NCBI GenBank assembly: GCA_963733195.1
Contig: CAVTCR010000062.1
Span: 96,001-160,000 of the forward strand
Reading direction: 5' to 3'
Length of the DNA: 64,000 nt
Source: an uncultured delta proteobacterium
Lineage (GTDB): Bacteria > Desulfobacterota > Binatia > Bin18
Positions within the stretch are counted from its first letter, which is position 1; each line of letters opens with the position of its first letter. The translations under genes were made by a program, and so were the position numbers. The notes beneath the pieces were generated by a model. That model did not search any database. It was not told the origin of the DNA and saw only the letters and a program-made list of their open reading frames with translations. Positions 1 to 9,969 of the stretch are shown here, piece by piece.

Positions 1-550
1 CAAAGAGCGCACGCTGGGCATGATCTTCATGGGCAATAGGGGCACCAAAAAGGGCAAAGATCCCATCACCTAACGACTGCGCGACATACCCCTCGTAGCG
101 GTGCACCGCATCCATCATCAACTTGAGGGTTGGATCAACGATACGTCGCGCTTCTTCGGGGTCAAGCTCTTCGATCAGCGACGTTGAACCTTTGATGTCA
201 GCAAACAAAGCGGTGATGGTCTTTCGTTCCCCATCCGGCGCGCCACGCGCAGCCATTGCGGCTTGTTCATCACGAATACGTTCCGCTAGGTGATTCGGCG
301 TATAGCTGACTGGGGGTTGGGGGTTAGGGGTTAGGGGTTGGACTTCGGACTTCGGACTTCGGACTCTGGACTCTGGACTGCTCTTCCCCGTTTCCCCATT
401 GACAACGCGGGTTCCGCAATTGTCACAAAACTTCGCATTGGACCGCAGGAAGGTCCCACACGTTGGACAGGCAAGCTCAAGCTTGCTGCCGCACTCTTCG
501 CAGAACTTGGCACCTTCGCGATTCTCGTGTTGGCACTGTGGACAGCGCAT
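1..550 (-). CDS. Double zinc-ribbon + adenylate/guanylate cyclase protein (5' part; runs off window start)
   Basis: Manual translation from ATG at 550: MRCPQCQHENREGAKFCEECG...CPTCG...FCDNCG, then ERKTITALFADIKGST and GDGIFALFGAPIAHEDHAQRAL (class III cyclase motifs). Open to the window edge; close paralog of 45420..49034. Not in the ORF track. Confidence 0.9.
   Translation of the reverse strand, partial: MRCPQCQHENREGAKFCEECGSKLELACPTCGTFLRSNAKFCDNCGTRVVNGETGKSSPESRVRSPKSEVQPLTPNPQPPVSYTPNHLAERIRDEQAAMAARGAPDGERKTITALFADIKGSTSLIEELDPEEARRIVDPTLKLMMDAVHRYEGYVAQSLGDGIFALFGAPIAHEDHAQRALF
312..379. repeat. In-frame heptamer tandem array in the cyclase linker: (GGGGTTR)x3-4 + (GGACTTC/GGACTCT)x6
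   Basis: Read directly: ggggttg ggggtta ggggtta ggggttg gacttcg gacttcg gacttcg gactctg gactctg. Confidence 0.9.
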
Positions 551-628
551 ACGAGTGTTCAGACCTCCATAACGTAGGATGTCGGTATCTTATCCAGTCC
601 GTACAGTAGATGGAACGCGGGTATGTTA

Positions 629-656
629 CGTGGTGCGTGATGTGTAAAGCGTGATA
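629..656. repeat. Degenerate heptamer array (CGTGATG family)
   Basis: cgtggtg cgtgatg tgtaaag cgtgata. Confidence 0.6.
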
Positions 657-713
657 CAGGGGGTGTGAAACTAGAAACCGGCAACCCTTCTCTGTGCCGG
701 AAACGCTCCGCTT

Positions 714-2801
714 TTACGGTAAAGAAATGATGAGATTCTGTTCCTCATCGACACTCGCCGTTGCCCCAGGACCTATAACCACCGTACATTCGCGCTCTTC
801 TACGACTGCTGGCCCGACGAAACTGACACTACCTGGAAGCAGATACCGATCATAGACGCTGCACGAAATAAAGCCGTTGCTCTCAGGCATATACACCTGC
901 CGCTCGCCTTTGCACGCGTTGCAAGTCGTCTTGCCAGCCGTATTTGGTACCGGAAGATGTATGGATGGGCGTGGTCCTGAAGCTATCAACCGCCAGTTCA
1001 CAACTTCAACCTCTACGCCAGGGTTCAGCCGCTTGTAGAGGCGTTCGTATTCTTCCGTAAAAGCCTGGCGGAGTGCGGACAGACTGTCTGCGGTAAGCTG
1101 TCCCGGAGGCAATGGTACACGAATCTCAAATCCTTGATGCAAATAACGCATATCGGCTGAGCGCGAGAGACTAATTTCTCCCTCCATTCCAGCCGCGGTC
1201 AGTAACTCACGCCCACGCTTTTCCATGTCAGCATACAGACGATCGAGCACGGCAAAGTCAATATCAGTTAGTGAGGTAACATAACTCTGCACGAAGTCAA
1301 ACGCCAAGGGTGCAGTCAGCATGCCAAAGGCTGAGGTGACGCCAGCCGCGAGTGGGCACACCAGGGTCTTCAATTTCAAACGTTCGGCTACACGATAGGC
1401 ATGTACCGGCCCGGCCCCACCAAAAGCAATCAGGTTGTAATCACGAGGGTCGCGTCCTTTTTCGACCAGATGAATACGCGCCGCATTGGCCATATTTTCA
1501 TTGACAACCTGATGAATCCCCCATGCGGCGCGTAAGAGATCAACCTTCAGAGGTTTCGCGATCTTCTCTTCGATAGCTCGCTTCGCCTTTTCGAGATTGA
1601 GATGCATCTTACCGCCAAGAAAATATTCTGGACTCAGATAACCAAGCACGAGGTCAGCATCTGTCACCGTTGGTTCTTCTCCGCCACGATCGTAACACAC
1701 TGGACCAGGCTCCGACCCTGCGCTATCAGGGCCGACTTTCAGCAAACCCAGCGTATCAACACGAGCAATGCTTCCTCCACCCGCACCGATCTCGATCATC
1801 TCGATCACCGGCACTTTGAGGGGTAAACCACTCCCTTTCTTGAAACGGTAGACACGTGCTGCTTCAAAATCTGTCGTCAGCAATGGCTTCCCGTAGTCAA
1901 TCAGACAAATCTTCGCTGTTGTCCCCCCCATATCGAAAGAGATCACGCGCTCGAGTTGGCGATGAGTACTGTAAAACACTGCAGCCAGTGCTCCTGCCGC
2001 CGGACCAGACTCGATGAGGCGAATCGGATACTCACCAGCTACACCACAACTCGTAATGCCTCCGTTTGAAAGCATAATGAACATATCGCGAGGCAAGCCA
2101 AGCGCTCGCAAATCGGCATTGAGCTTGTTGAGATACTGTTGTGCCAACGGTTTGACGTACACGTTGGCAACGGTCGTTGAGGTACGTTCGTATTCGCGGA
2201 TCTCCGGCATCACCTCACAGGACAGCGAGCAAATAAGTCGGGGAAAGTGTTCAGCCACTAACTTCTTTATCAGCAACTCGTGTGTCGGATTACGAAACGA
2301 GTGCAACAAGCAAACCGCTAGAGCGTCAATGCCATCATTCACGAGCCCACGAATCACGGTGAGGGCTTCCTGAGGATCGAGTGGCGTCATGACCTGGCCA
2401 GTGTTATCCAAGCGTTCATTGACTTCACGCCGCAGAAAACGTGGTACTAAAGGTTCTGGATTTTCCAACGAAATGTCATAGATGTCGTAGCGCCGCTCGC
2501 GGCCAATCTCTAACGCGTCACGAAATCCTTTGGTCGTTATCAATCCAGTCTTCGCCCCTTTACGTTCGATGATGGCATTCGTGATGAGCGTTGTCCCATG
2601 AACTAAATGGGTTACCGATGCAGGAGCAATTTCTCGTTCTGCCAACAATGCTTGCAAACCGTTGACTACGGCTGAGGCAGGGTCGCGTGGGGTCGTCAAC
2701 ACCTTCCCGATGGCAATCTCGCCTCCGTCGTTAGATAGCAGAAAGATGTCGGTAAACGTGCCGCCGATGTCGACACCAACCCGGTATGTTTGTCGCGCCA
2801 T
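714..2801 (-). CDS. Hydantoinase/5-oxoprolinase family protein, ATP-binding A subunit
   Basis: GVDIGGTFTD, HGTTLITNA, FDMGGTTAK, GAGGGSIA, GPDSAGSEPGPVCY, AFGGAGPVHA motifs. Confidence 0.93.
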   Translation of the reverse strand: MARQTYRVGVDIGGTFTDIFLLSNDGGEIAIGKVLTTPRDPASAVVNGLQALLAEREIAPASVTHLVHGTTLITNAIIERKGAKTGLITTKGFRDALEIGRERRYDIYDISLENPEPLVPRFLRREVNERLDNTGQVMTPLDPQEALTVIRGLVNDGIDALAVCLLHSFRNPTHELLIKKLVAEHFPRLICSLSCEVMPEIREYERTSTTVANVYVKPLAQQYLNKLNADLRALGLPRDMFIMLSNGGITSCGVAGEYPIRLIESGPAAGALAAVFYSTHRQLERVISFDMGGTTAKICLIDYGKPLLTTDFEAARVYRFKKGSGLPLKVPVIEMIEIGAGGGSIARVDTLGLLKVGPDSAGSEPGPVCYDRGGEEPTVTDADLVLGYLSPEYFLGGKMHLNLEKAKRAIEEKIAKPLKVDLLRAAWGIHQVVNENMANAARIHLVEKGRDPRDYNLIAFGGAGPVHAYRVAERLKLKTLVCPLAAGVTSAFGMLTAPLAFDFVQSYVTSLTDIDFAVLDRLYADMEKRGRELLTAAGMEGEISLSRSADMRYLHQGFEIRVPLPPGQLTADSLSALRQAFTEEYERLYKRLNPGVEVEVVNWRLIASGPRPSIHLPVPNTAGKTTCNACKGERQVYMPESNGFISCSVYDRYLLPGSVSFVGPAVVEERECTVVIGPGATASVDEEQNLIISLP

Positions 2802-2932
2802 AGAGTGCACTATATCTGAGAGGGGATTCAGCTGTCAGCTATCAAACAATCGACAGAGAGACATAGTATAGAAGGGTAAAAGTAGGATACAATGTAACCA
2901 ATCTTGTCAGAGTTGGAGTAAGGAAGAGAGAC

Positions 2933-3892
2933 ATGCAACATCCTCGACGCGGTGCAGGTGGTGGACGATGGCAGCATCGGTCAAGACAACAACAACGAAC
3001 TCCACAAAAAACCCGAGCAGCCTCTGATATCCTCCGTGAGCTTCAAGCGCGGGTTGCCCTTGCTCCAACGCGGCGGATTCCGCTCGCTGGTCCGAACGCT
3101 CCATTAACCTTACGCTTGCTTGACCTCCTCTGCCCGATCGGCTTTGGACAACGTGCGTTGATTCTCGCTCCGCCGAAAACCGGAAAAACGACTTTCCTCA
3201 AAGATATTTGCAATGGCGTCTCCGCCGGAGCCCCCAACGCCAAACTGTACTGCCTTTTGGTGGATGAACGCCCGGAAGAAGTTACCGACTTTCGTCGTTC
3301 AGTAAAGGCTGAGGTTTTTGCCTCCTCAAACGACCGCTCCCTTGAAGAGCATTTGGAAACGGCGAGCGTATGCCTCGAACGTATAGTCGCCGACACGCTC
3401 ACTGGTCATGACGTGGTGATTGTCGTTGACTCCCTTACTCGTCTTTCCCGCGCTCATAATTTGAATACCCGTACAGGTCGGACAATGAGTGGAGGTATCG
3501 ATGCCCAAGCATTAGAAATGCCCAAGCGTTTCTTTGGCACCGCACGACAGGTAGAAGACGGCGGCTCACTAACGATTGTAGCGACAGCATTGATCGACAC
3601 TGGCAGCCTGATGGATGACGTCATTGCGCAAGAGTTCAAAGGCACAGGCAATATGGAACTCGTGCTTGATCGTCGCCTGGCTGATCGCCGGATTTTTCCT
3701 GCACTTGATATTGCCAAGTCAGGCACCCGCAAAGAAGACCAATTGCTCACCCCGGCCGAACTCAAAGCGTCTCATGTCATGCGACGACGCATCGCTGACC
3801 TCACTCCCGTTGAAGGGACAAAATTGATTATCTCACTGTTCGAAAAGGTCCCGTCGAATGACGCGTTGGTAAGGGAATTAGCTGCCGACTAA
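2933..3892 (+). CDS. rho: Transcription termination factor Rho, short form lacking the N-terminal RNA-binding domain
   Basis: [63 protein letters not shown]; only about 45 aa precede the ATPase core. Confidence 0.9.
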   Translation: MQHPRRGAGGGRWQHRSRQQQRTPQKTRAASDILRELQARVALAPTRRIPLAGPNAPLTLRLLDLLCPIGFGQRALILAPPKTGKTTFLKDICNGVSAGAPNAKLYCLLVDERPEEVTDFRRSVKAEVFASSNDRSLEEHLETASVCLERIVADTLTGHDVVIVVDSLTRLSRAHNLNTRTGRTMSGGIDAQALEMPKRFFGTARQVEDGGSLTIVATALIDTGSLMDDVIAQEFKGTGNMELVLDRRLADRRIFPALDIAKSGTRKEDQLLTPAELKASHVMRRRIADLTPVEGTKLIISLFEKVPSNDALVRELAAD

Positions 3893-4050
3893 TGTGGTAG
3901 GAGGGCCTTCAATATTTCCTCCCCGTTCTCCATGGCCAGCATTCTGTTCATTCCCGGAGCATTCAGGTTTTCGCCCCGTTCTCGTTCCTTATACTTAGCC
4001 TCATACGCGGAAGAGAGCAACGATTCCCGCGTGAGGAAGTCTCACCTCAT

Positions 4051-4818
4051 TCACAATGATTGCTGCACTCTCTGAGTCCGGAGAATCGACGGGCTCAGAA
4101 AGTGAGCGCGCACCTTAGCAAGGTCTTCTGGCGTGTCGATCTCTCCCCACCATAATCCTTCAATAGAAACGGTTTCGACGATAGAAGAAAGACACATCGT
4201 ATTGAGAACTGACAGATACCAACGTTGCAACGCTTCTGGGCCACGCACTGCCTCCTCTAGCGTCGCACGAAAGGTGTTGATTCCTTCACCACAGAAACGG
4301 ATAAGACCGATCGACTCTCCATGTACCGTTGCGCGTGGTAACGTTTTCCCCACCGCTTTCAGTCGTCGTCCACCATTGAGAGACACCTTCATGTCATCAT
4401 CGTCATATTCCAACTTGCGGTTGATGGTCAACGTGACCGGAGCTTTGGGGGAGGCCAACAAGCGACGGAGTGCCTCAGCCTCGAATAAAGAGTCACCATT
4501 CAAAAGGATAAAATCTTCGGTCATTTCTGCCGAGGCTAACCAGCACGTGATGAGGTTATTACTCGTGGAAAAGAAAGGATTGTAACGAGTTTGTACTTTA
4601 ATCCCAGACACTGGGTTTGTCAGTAAGAATTGTTCGACTTTGTCGGTGCCGAAACCGACCATGATCGTTACGCGATCGATACCGCACTGTGCCAACGCCC
4701 GCAGTTGGAGTTCCAACACCGTACGCCCAGCATCCACAGGAAGAAGACACTTGGGGAGATCTGCCGTAAATGGCAACAGACGCCGCCCCTGCCCCGCACT
4801 CAAAATAATCGCTTTCAT
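4051..4818 (-). CDS. Nucleotidyltransferase, phosphocholine cytidylyltransferase (LicC)-like family
   Basis: MKAIILSAGQGRRL..PKCLL, NGD, EIDTPED motifs; ATG at 4818 chosen over the longer ORF-track start. Confidence 0.85.
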   Translation of the reverse strand: MKAIILSAGQGRRLLPFTADLPKCLLPVDAGRTVLELQLRALAQCGIDRVTIMVGFGTDKVEQFLLTNPVSGIKVQTRYNPFFSTSNNLITCWLASAEMTEDFILLNGDSLFEAEALRRLLASPKAPVTLTINRKLEYDDDDMKVSLNGGRRLKAVGKTLPRATVHGESIGLIRFCGEGINTFRATLEEAVRGPEALQRWYLSVLNTMCLSSIVETVSIEGLWWGEIDTPEDLAKVRAHFLSPSILRTQRVQQSL

Positions 4819-4849
4819 CACAGAGAGAGGACCGGTATAAGAGAAATCA

Positions 4850-7163
4850 GTGAAAGAATCAAGGAGGAGCGCCTCCCAATGGCAGCCACAAAACGCCCCA
4901 GAACCACTCCCACTTCCACCTCCTAAGCGGAATGGAACCCTTGGGCCCACACTCCGCTGGTATATCATCCAGGAACTGATCCGCCCTACCCTCATTGCTC
5001 TCGGCGGTCTCACTGCCCTTGTTCTGACCAAAGACCTGCTGAGCTTTTCAGATCTGGTTATCAATCGCGGCTTCGGTGCTCCCGCAGTTGCAACGATCGC
5101 GTTTTATGAGATCGTCCCGTTGCTGTCGCGTACCCTCCCCTTTGCCCTCCTCATTGGTACGCTTGTGGGCCTCGGTCGCCTGAGGGCCGATCTGGAAGTG
5201 TTGTCAATGGAAGCTGCGGGTATCTCTGTCCGTCGGCTGGTAGATCCGGTCCTCACCTGGAGTGCAATCACAACTGGAATGGGGCTCTTGTTATCACTCG
5301 TGGCCGCTCCTTGGGCAACACGGTCACTTGATGCGGCGTTGCAACGAATGGTGGCAGAGAACCCTGGCCTCGCGTTGCGTGCAGGCACGGTCTACGATTT
5401 TAGCGGCGTGAAAATGCTTGCTCGTGAAGTGTCTGCCCGTGGGGATCAACTACGGGGTATTTTGCTCTGGCTTCCCGAGCAAGGACAAACGCTTTTTGCC
5501 GAACGTGGAGAACTCTCGCCGATTGGTCAACAAGCCACGCAGTTGATCCTCTATCAAGGCGTCATGCTCCCCTCTCCTCCACAACGAGGAGAGGAAACTC
5601 GTTTTGGCAGTTTCATTCAGACGTTACGCGAAACTCCTGCTCCGGCACGGAAAGAGAAGAGACATACTGCCAGGTGAGCCACTCGGACGGCTCCTGACCT
5701 TGACACGGCAAACCGGCGAGAAAGAATCTTCGACCTTTCTCGCTCGCGTCGAGTTATACCATCGACTGGCCTACCCAGTCGCTGCGCTGGCGTTGGGACT
5801 ACTGGCTGTTCCGCTCGGGTTAGCAGGAAAACGATTTTCTCGTGCTGCCGGCGGAGTGACCGGACTTCTGGTTGCAGTGGTCTACTATGGACTGATGCAA
5901 CTCGGCAATGGACTTCTGCAGGCTCGAGTCGTTCCCCCTCTGCTAGGCGTGTGGTTGGCCAATCTTGTGATCTCAGTATCTGCCATTCTTCTCATCTGGC
6001 GAGTTCGCAAGTGGGCAACCTGGAGCCGCCAGACGGGAGAACGGACAGCACCAGAAGAGCCAGCTTTCACAGCCGCAACGTACCAGTCCCGCTCTCGACG
6101 ATTTGTGTTGCAACGCTATGTCACGCGACAGTATCTCATCATGCTCCTCCTCGCCTTCGGCATGCTGTTCGTCGGCTACTTACTCGTTGATATCCTCGAA
6201 CGCTTGCAATGGTTCGCGCGTCATCAAGCACAAGCGCTGGCTATTCTTCGCTTCTACGGTGCCCGGACCCCGCTCTTGGCATCACGTGTCATTCCTATGT
6301 CCCTGCTCCTCGCAACCGCACTGACGGTGAGTATTCTCACGCTCCATCGCGAGATTATCGGCATGCGGGCCTGTGGCGTTTCTGTTCCCCGTGCCTTAGC
6401 GCCGATCTTGTTCATTGCTGGCGTCATCTTGCCTGCCTACTTTGTACTCAATGAATTTGTGGTGCCCCGCACCAACGCGCTCGCCGATCAGCTCAAAGAC
6501 GAAGAGATCAAAAGGCGTGGACCAGATGCAAGCCTCCGACAGCGAATGATCTGGTATCAAGACAGTACCCATCTGTACCAAGCCACCACACTTGACCCTA
6601 AAGTCGGTGAGGCTCAAGGCTTGGCAATCTACGAGCTCGATGACTCGGGGTTACCAGTCAGCCGTATCGACGCACGAGGAGCCAAGCATATTGGCAATGG
6701 CGTATGGGAACTCATCGAGCCAGTCCGTATTGGCATTTCCGCACAAGGGCTACAACCTCTCCCCGCCGAGTCACGTATTACGCTTGGCGAAGCTCCGAGC
6801 ACAACACCGGATAGCATGCATTTGAGTACCAATCAGCTCGCGCAGGCGATCAGCGATGCCGAGGCAACCGGCTATGATGCAACGACCTATCGTGTTGACT
6901 TTAATGTAAAGCTCGCAGCGCCGTTCGCGTGTCTCCTTCTTCCGGCCGCGGCATTGTTCTTTGCTGTGAGTGGCCCGCCCTTTCCTGGCCCTGCGGTGAC
7001 AATTCTCACTTGCAGTGCACTCGGAGTGAGCTATGTATTGCTGACAGGGGTCGCGGCATCTTTAGGGTACGGGGGAGTACTTCCTCCATCTCTTGCCGGA
7101 TGGAGTCCGGTACTGCTACTTGCTGGCCTCGTCCTCGCCTTGGTACTGCGTAGTCGGCAGTAA
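4850..7163 (+). CDS. LptF-LptG fused permease (YjgP/YjgQ family) with one frameshift near 5650-5677
   Basis: Two tandem YjgP/Q units: YIIQE...GRLRADLEVLSMEAAGIS and RYVTRQY...HREIIGMRACGVS; ORFs 4850..5677 and 5604..7163 join as one reading. Confidence 0.85.
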
Positions 7164-7165
7164 AG

Positions 7166-7256
7166 GTAAATGAAGAATGAAAAATTAAGAGTGAAGAATG
7201 AGAAGAAAGTAGTCAGTAGGAAAAAGGCTATAGGCTGTAGGCTTCAGGCTCTAGGG
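7166..7256. repeat. 13 consecutive heptamer units in one register, passing through three unit families
   Basis: gtaaatg aagaatg aaaaatt aagagtg aagaatg agaagaa agtagtc agtagga aaaaggc tataggc tgtaggc ttcaggc tctaggg; starts just after the lptFG stop. Confidence 0.8.
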
Positions 7257-7328
7257 GGGAAAAATGGAGGCAGGGAACAGCATGTTGTGAAGTGTATGAA
7301 TTTGCCGCGATCTGATTGAGCCGCTGGC

Positions 7329-7387
7329 GGCAGGCGCAGCCTGCCCTACACCCTATAGGCAATATGTAGGGCTGGGCTGTGCCCGCC
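7329..7387. repeat. GTAG-type REP doublet
   Basis: ggcaggcgcagcctgccCTAC ... GTAGggctgggctgtgcccgcc; short palindromes ending in the GTAG/CTAC tetranucleotide. Confidence 0.8.
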
Positions 7388-7392
7388 AACGC

Positions 7393-7420
7393 GCTGATGA
7401 CTGCCGACTGATTACTGACT
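7393..7420. repeat. Heptamer array (ACTGATT family)
   Basis: gctgatg actgccg actgatt actgact. Confidence 0.7.
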
Positions 7421-7471
7421 CCTCGTTTTTGCCTTTTGACCTTACTTCCTTGCCGCAGAAAAGGAGAATCT

Positions 7472-8179
7472 GTGAAACGTTACAGCCGTTGGCAATCTGT
7501 GTGGAGCGTGGTGGGCTTGTCTCTGTTGTTATTGCCCCTTGTCGTACACGCCCAGACCGGCCATCACCACCACCCCATGCCGCTCGACAAGTACATTTCC
7601 GTACTCGAAGATCCGAAGCGGGACGAGTGGCAGAAGCCAGACGCCGTCATCCAAGCTCTCAGAGTCCAACCTGGACACTATGTTGCCGACATCGGCGCAG
7701 GAAGCGGCTATTTCACACGTCATATTGCGCGCGCCGTCGGCGAAAAAGGCTCGGTATTCGCCCTTGATGTGGAAGAAGGGATGATCGAACATCTGCAACA
7801 GCGACTGAAAAAAGAAAACCTCGACAACGTCAAAGCCATGAAAGTACCTGCTCACGATCCGTTGTTGATCGACGGTTCACTCGATCTCGCGTTTATTTGC
7901 GATGTGTACCACCACCTCGAAGACCGCGAGGTGTACATGCGCAAAGTACGCAAAGCTCTCAAGCCGACTGGCCGAGTTGCGATTGTCGATTTTTACAAGC
8001 ACGAAACGCCAGTCGGCCCACCGATGCACATGCGACTTAGCGAAGAAGTAGTACAAAAAGAACTACAAGCGGCGGGGCTGAAGGTAACGGAGAAACTGAC
8101 TATCCTGCCGTATCAGTACATCCTGATCGCGCAACCTATGACGAAGTCGAGTGAGACTTCTCGACCCGCGGGACAGTAA
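7472..8179 (+). CDS. Class I SAM-dependent methyltransferase with a predicted signal peptide
   Basis: VADIGAGSGYF, DVYHHL motifs; hydrophobic N-terminus ending VHA|Q; RBS aaggag before GTG 7472. Confidence 0.85.
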   Translation: MKRYSRWQSVWSVVGLSLLLLPLVVHAQTGHHHHPMPLDKYISVLEDPKRDEWQKPDAVIQALRVQPGHYVADIGAGSGYFTRHIARAVGEKGSVFALDVEEGMIEHLQQRLKKENLDNVKAMKVPAHDPLLIDGSLDLAFICDVYHHLEDREVYMRKVRKALKPTGRVAIVDFYKHETPVGPPMHMRLSEEVVQKELQAAGLKVTEKLTILPYQYILIAQPMTKSSETSRPAGQ

Positions 8180-8732
8180 AAGTGTCGACTCGACGGTCGA
8201 CCAATTCATCCGCACGGTTCAAGAGCGCTTCGTTCTTGGTAAATTTTTCGACCATGTAACTGAGATCACTAAGGTCATGGAGCATCAACTTCACTGCCTG
8301 ATCATGCAGCATCGGTTCCTTCACGACTTGCAGGAGTTCAACGACAACATCCTCAAGCTCCGACCCTTCGATATCCAGCGCAAGCTCAAACGCGCGCTCA
8401 ACCGAAACTCCTTTCGCGGCTTCTCGACTATAGGCACTAAGCAACGAACGCAGCCGCACCACAGTCGAAGGGTCAAACCACACTTTCGTGGTCTCCGCGA
8501 TGTTAGGCTCGTTCTCCAGTACCCCTTCGACAAGTGCCAACGCCCCAAGGTGGCCGGCCTCGTGTCGCGCCATCGTAAACCAGAACTTGCGTAGTTCTTC
8601 CGGCTTTTGAAATATACGCGCAAAGCGCATGTACAACGCCATGGTCTTTTTTTCCATATCCACAGCGGTACGAAGAATGTCCTTGATTGTTACACGTTGC
8701 GTCCGGCGATGCAGATCCGCTTTCTCCACCAT
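8136..8732 (-). CDS. Ferritin-like/rubrerythrin-family helical protein
   Basis: AVDMEKKTMALY and MARHEAGH (E-x6-Y, ExxH pattern); 3' end overlaps the convergent methyltransferase. Confidence 0.7.
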   Translation of the reverse strand: MVEKADLHRRTQRVTIKDILRTAVDMEKKTMALYMRFARIFQKPEELRKFWFTMARHEAGHLGALALVEGVLENEPNIAETTKVWFDPSTVVRLRSLLSAYSREAAKGVSVERAFELALDIEGSELEDVVVELLQVVKEPMLHDQAVKLMLHDLSDLSYMVEKFTKNEALLNRADELVDRRVDTFTVPRVEKSHSTSS

Positions 8733-9089
8733 GATTATTTCATAGCAGAAGTGACCAGGGTGACAAACCGGGGGTCAGTAAATAAAAGATTCCATGGTCA
8801 CCGCCAGAACAATCCCAAACGTTCAAGCGCTTTGGTCGCGGCTACAGTGTGACTGATCACACGAAGTTTCTTACAGATTGCTCCAACTGTGCGCGGATAC
8901 TAAGCGAGCAGATCCCCAGGAGCGTTGAGATTTCTTTGTTGTTTTGCCCGAATGAACAAAAGCAGGATTTCCACGTAAGGAATTCTCAACAACACCTTAG
9001 AGGAATCTTTACTTTTTGTGAGAAGGACCGTTCGTGCTCTATTTTTGGGACCTTGACGGCAGTGGTCTCGTCGCGGCATAAGCTTAGAA

Positions 9090-9572
9090 GTGATGATGCG
9101 TTTCTTCTCTTTTTCGATCGGTGTCAGTATTCGTACTCTTTGGTCTTGTGTGTCCTGGTTTTTCTCTACAATTGGGACGAAGCTTCTTGTGTCTGTTTTC
9201 TCTCTGTTTGCGTACTGCCGCGATCAAGGCAAAGTACTCTTGAAACCGTCTCCTGTAGAAACCGTCCCTCGCCTTGTATTCCTCAATGTCATGCTCCAAA
9301 CATTTGATGGGCTCGCTACCTACCAAGGACTCTCGCTTGGCGTCCAAGAGGGAAATCCAGTGATGCATGCGGCGATGGTACAATGGGGAGTTGGAGAGAC
9401 ATTGCTCGGGACAAAAGGGGCTGTTTGTCTGGCTCTGCCGTTCTTCTTGTTGCTACGGCACCGTCGTCTCAGTGTCTGGGCACTTGCCCTCATCGCTGGT
9501 GTTTATCTCGTCCTATCGTTTGTCCCGTGGCTCACGATCTTTCTCACAGAGGCCCAGCAAATCTGGGTGTAG
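9090..9572 (+). CDS. DUF5658-like membrane protein
   Basis: LNVMLQTFDGLATYQGLSLGVQEGNPVM motif followed by hydrophobic segments; start uncertain. Confidence 0.65.
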   Translation: MMMRFFSFSIGVSIRTLWSCVSWFFSTIGTKLLVSVFSLFAYCRDQGKVLLKPSPVETVPRLVFLNVMLQTFDGLATYQGLSLGVQEGNPVMHAAMVQWGVGETLLGTKGAVCLALPFFLLLRHRRLSVWALALIAGVYLVLSFVPWLTIFLTEAQQIWV

Positions 9573-9600
9573 GGCTTTCTTCCGAGTAGCAACGAAATAA

Positions 9601-9927
9601 TCATGCACAGCGCGTTCCACTTTCATGTACACATCCAGAAGACTCCAGCAGATGTGGAGCACGGATTGGAACTTCCTCCCATGATGCCCATGTCCCTGGA
9701 GCAATCTCTATTTGACATCCTCGCCATGGTGAGTAGAAAGAGTCAGTCAAGCTCGGAAGTGCCTTGGCGTGCGAGACACATTCATCGAAGCGGGGCTTGA
9801 AGTATAAGGTTGCCATGAGAATGGCGAGGCCACACCAGGTCATAGTTGCGAGCGTTCTCTTAACGGTTGCCACAGGTTCGTCTCCTCGCCTGTATATATT
9901 GGCGGGGCGAGAGGAAACTTGAGTCAT
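9601..9927 (-). CDS. Hypothetical small membrane-anchored Cys-containing protein
   Basis: One hydrophobic segment; RBS-like aggag before an internal GTG; fills the gap between neighbouring genes. Confidence 0.45.
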   Translation of the reverse strand: MTQVSSRPANIYRRGDEPVATVKRTLATMTWCGLAILMATLYFKPRFDECVSHAKALPSLTDSFYSPWRGCQIEIAPGTWASWEEVPIRAPHLLESSGCVHESGTRCA

Positions 9928-9969
9928 GCTATCGTGTGAGCAACTCGTTTTCGGAGGAACAAAGGATGA

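Noticed and set aside
331-577. ORF-track ORFs 331..513 and 338..577
   Set aside because: Alternative frames of the cyclase gene, kept open by the heptamer repeats
8849-9307. 152-aa ORF overlapping the DUF5658-like gene
   Set aside because: No motif; overlaps a better-supported ORF in another frame
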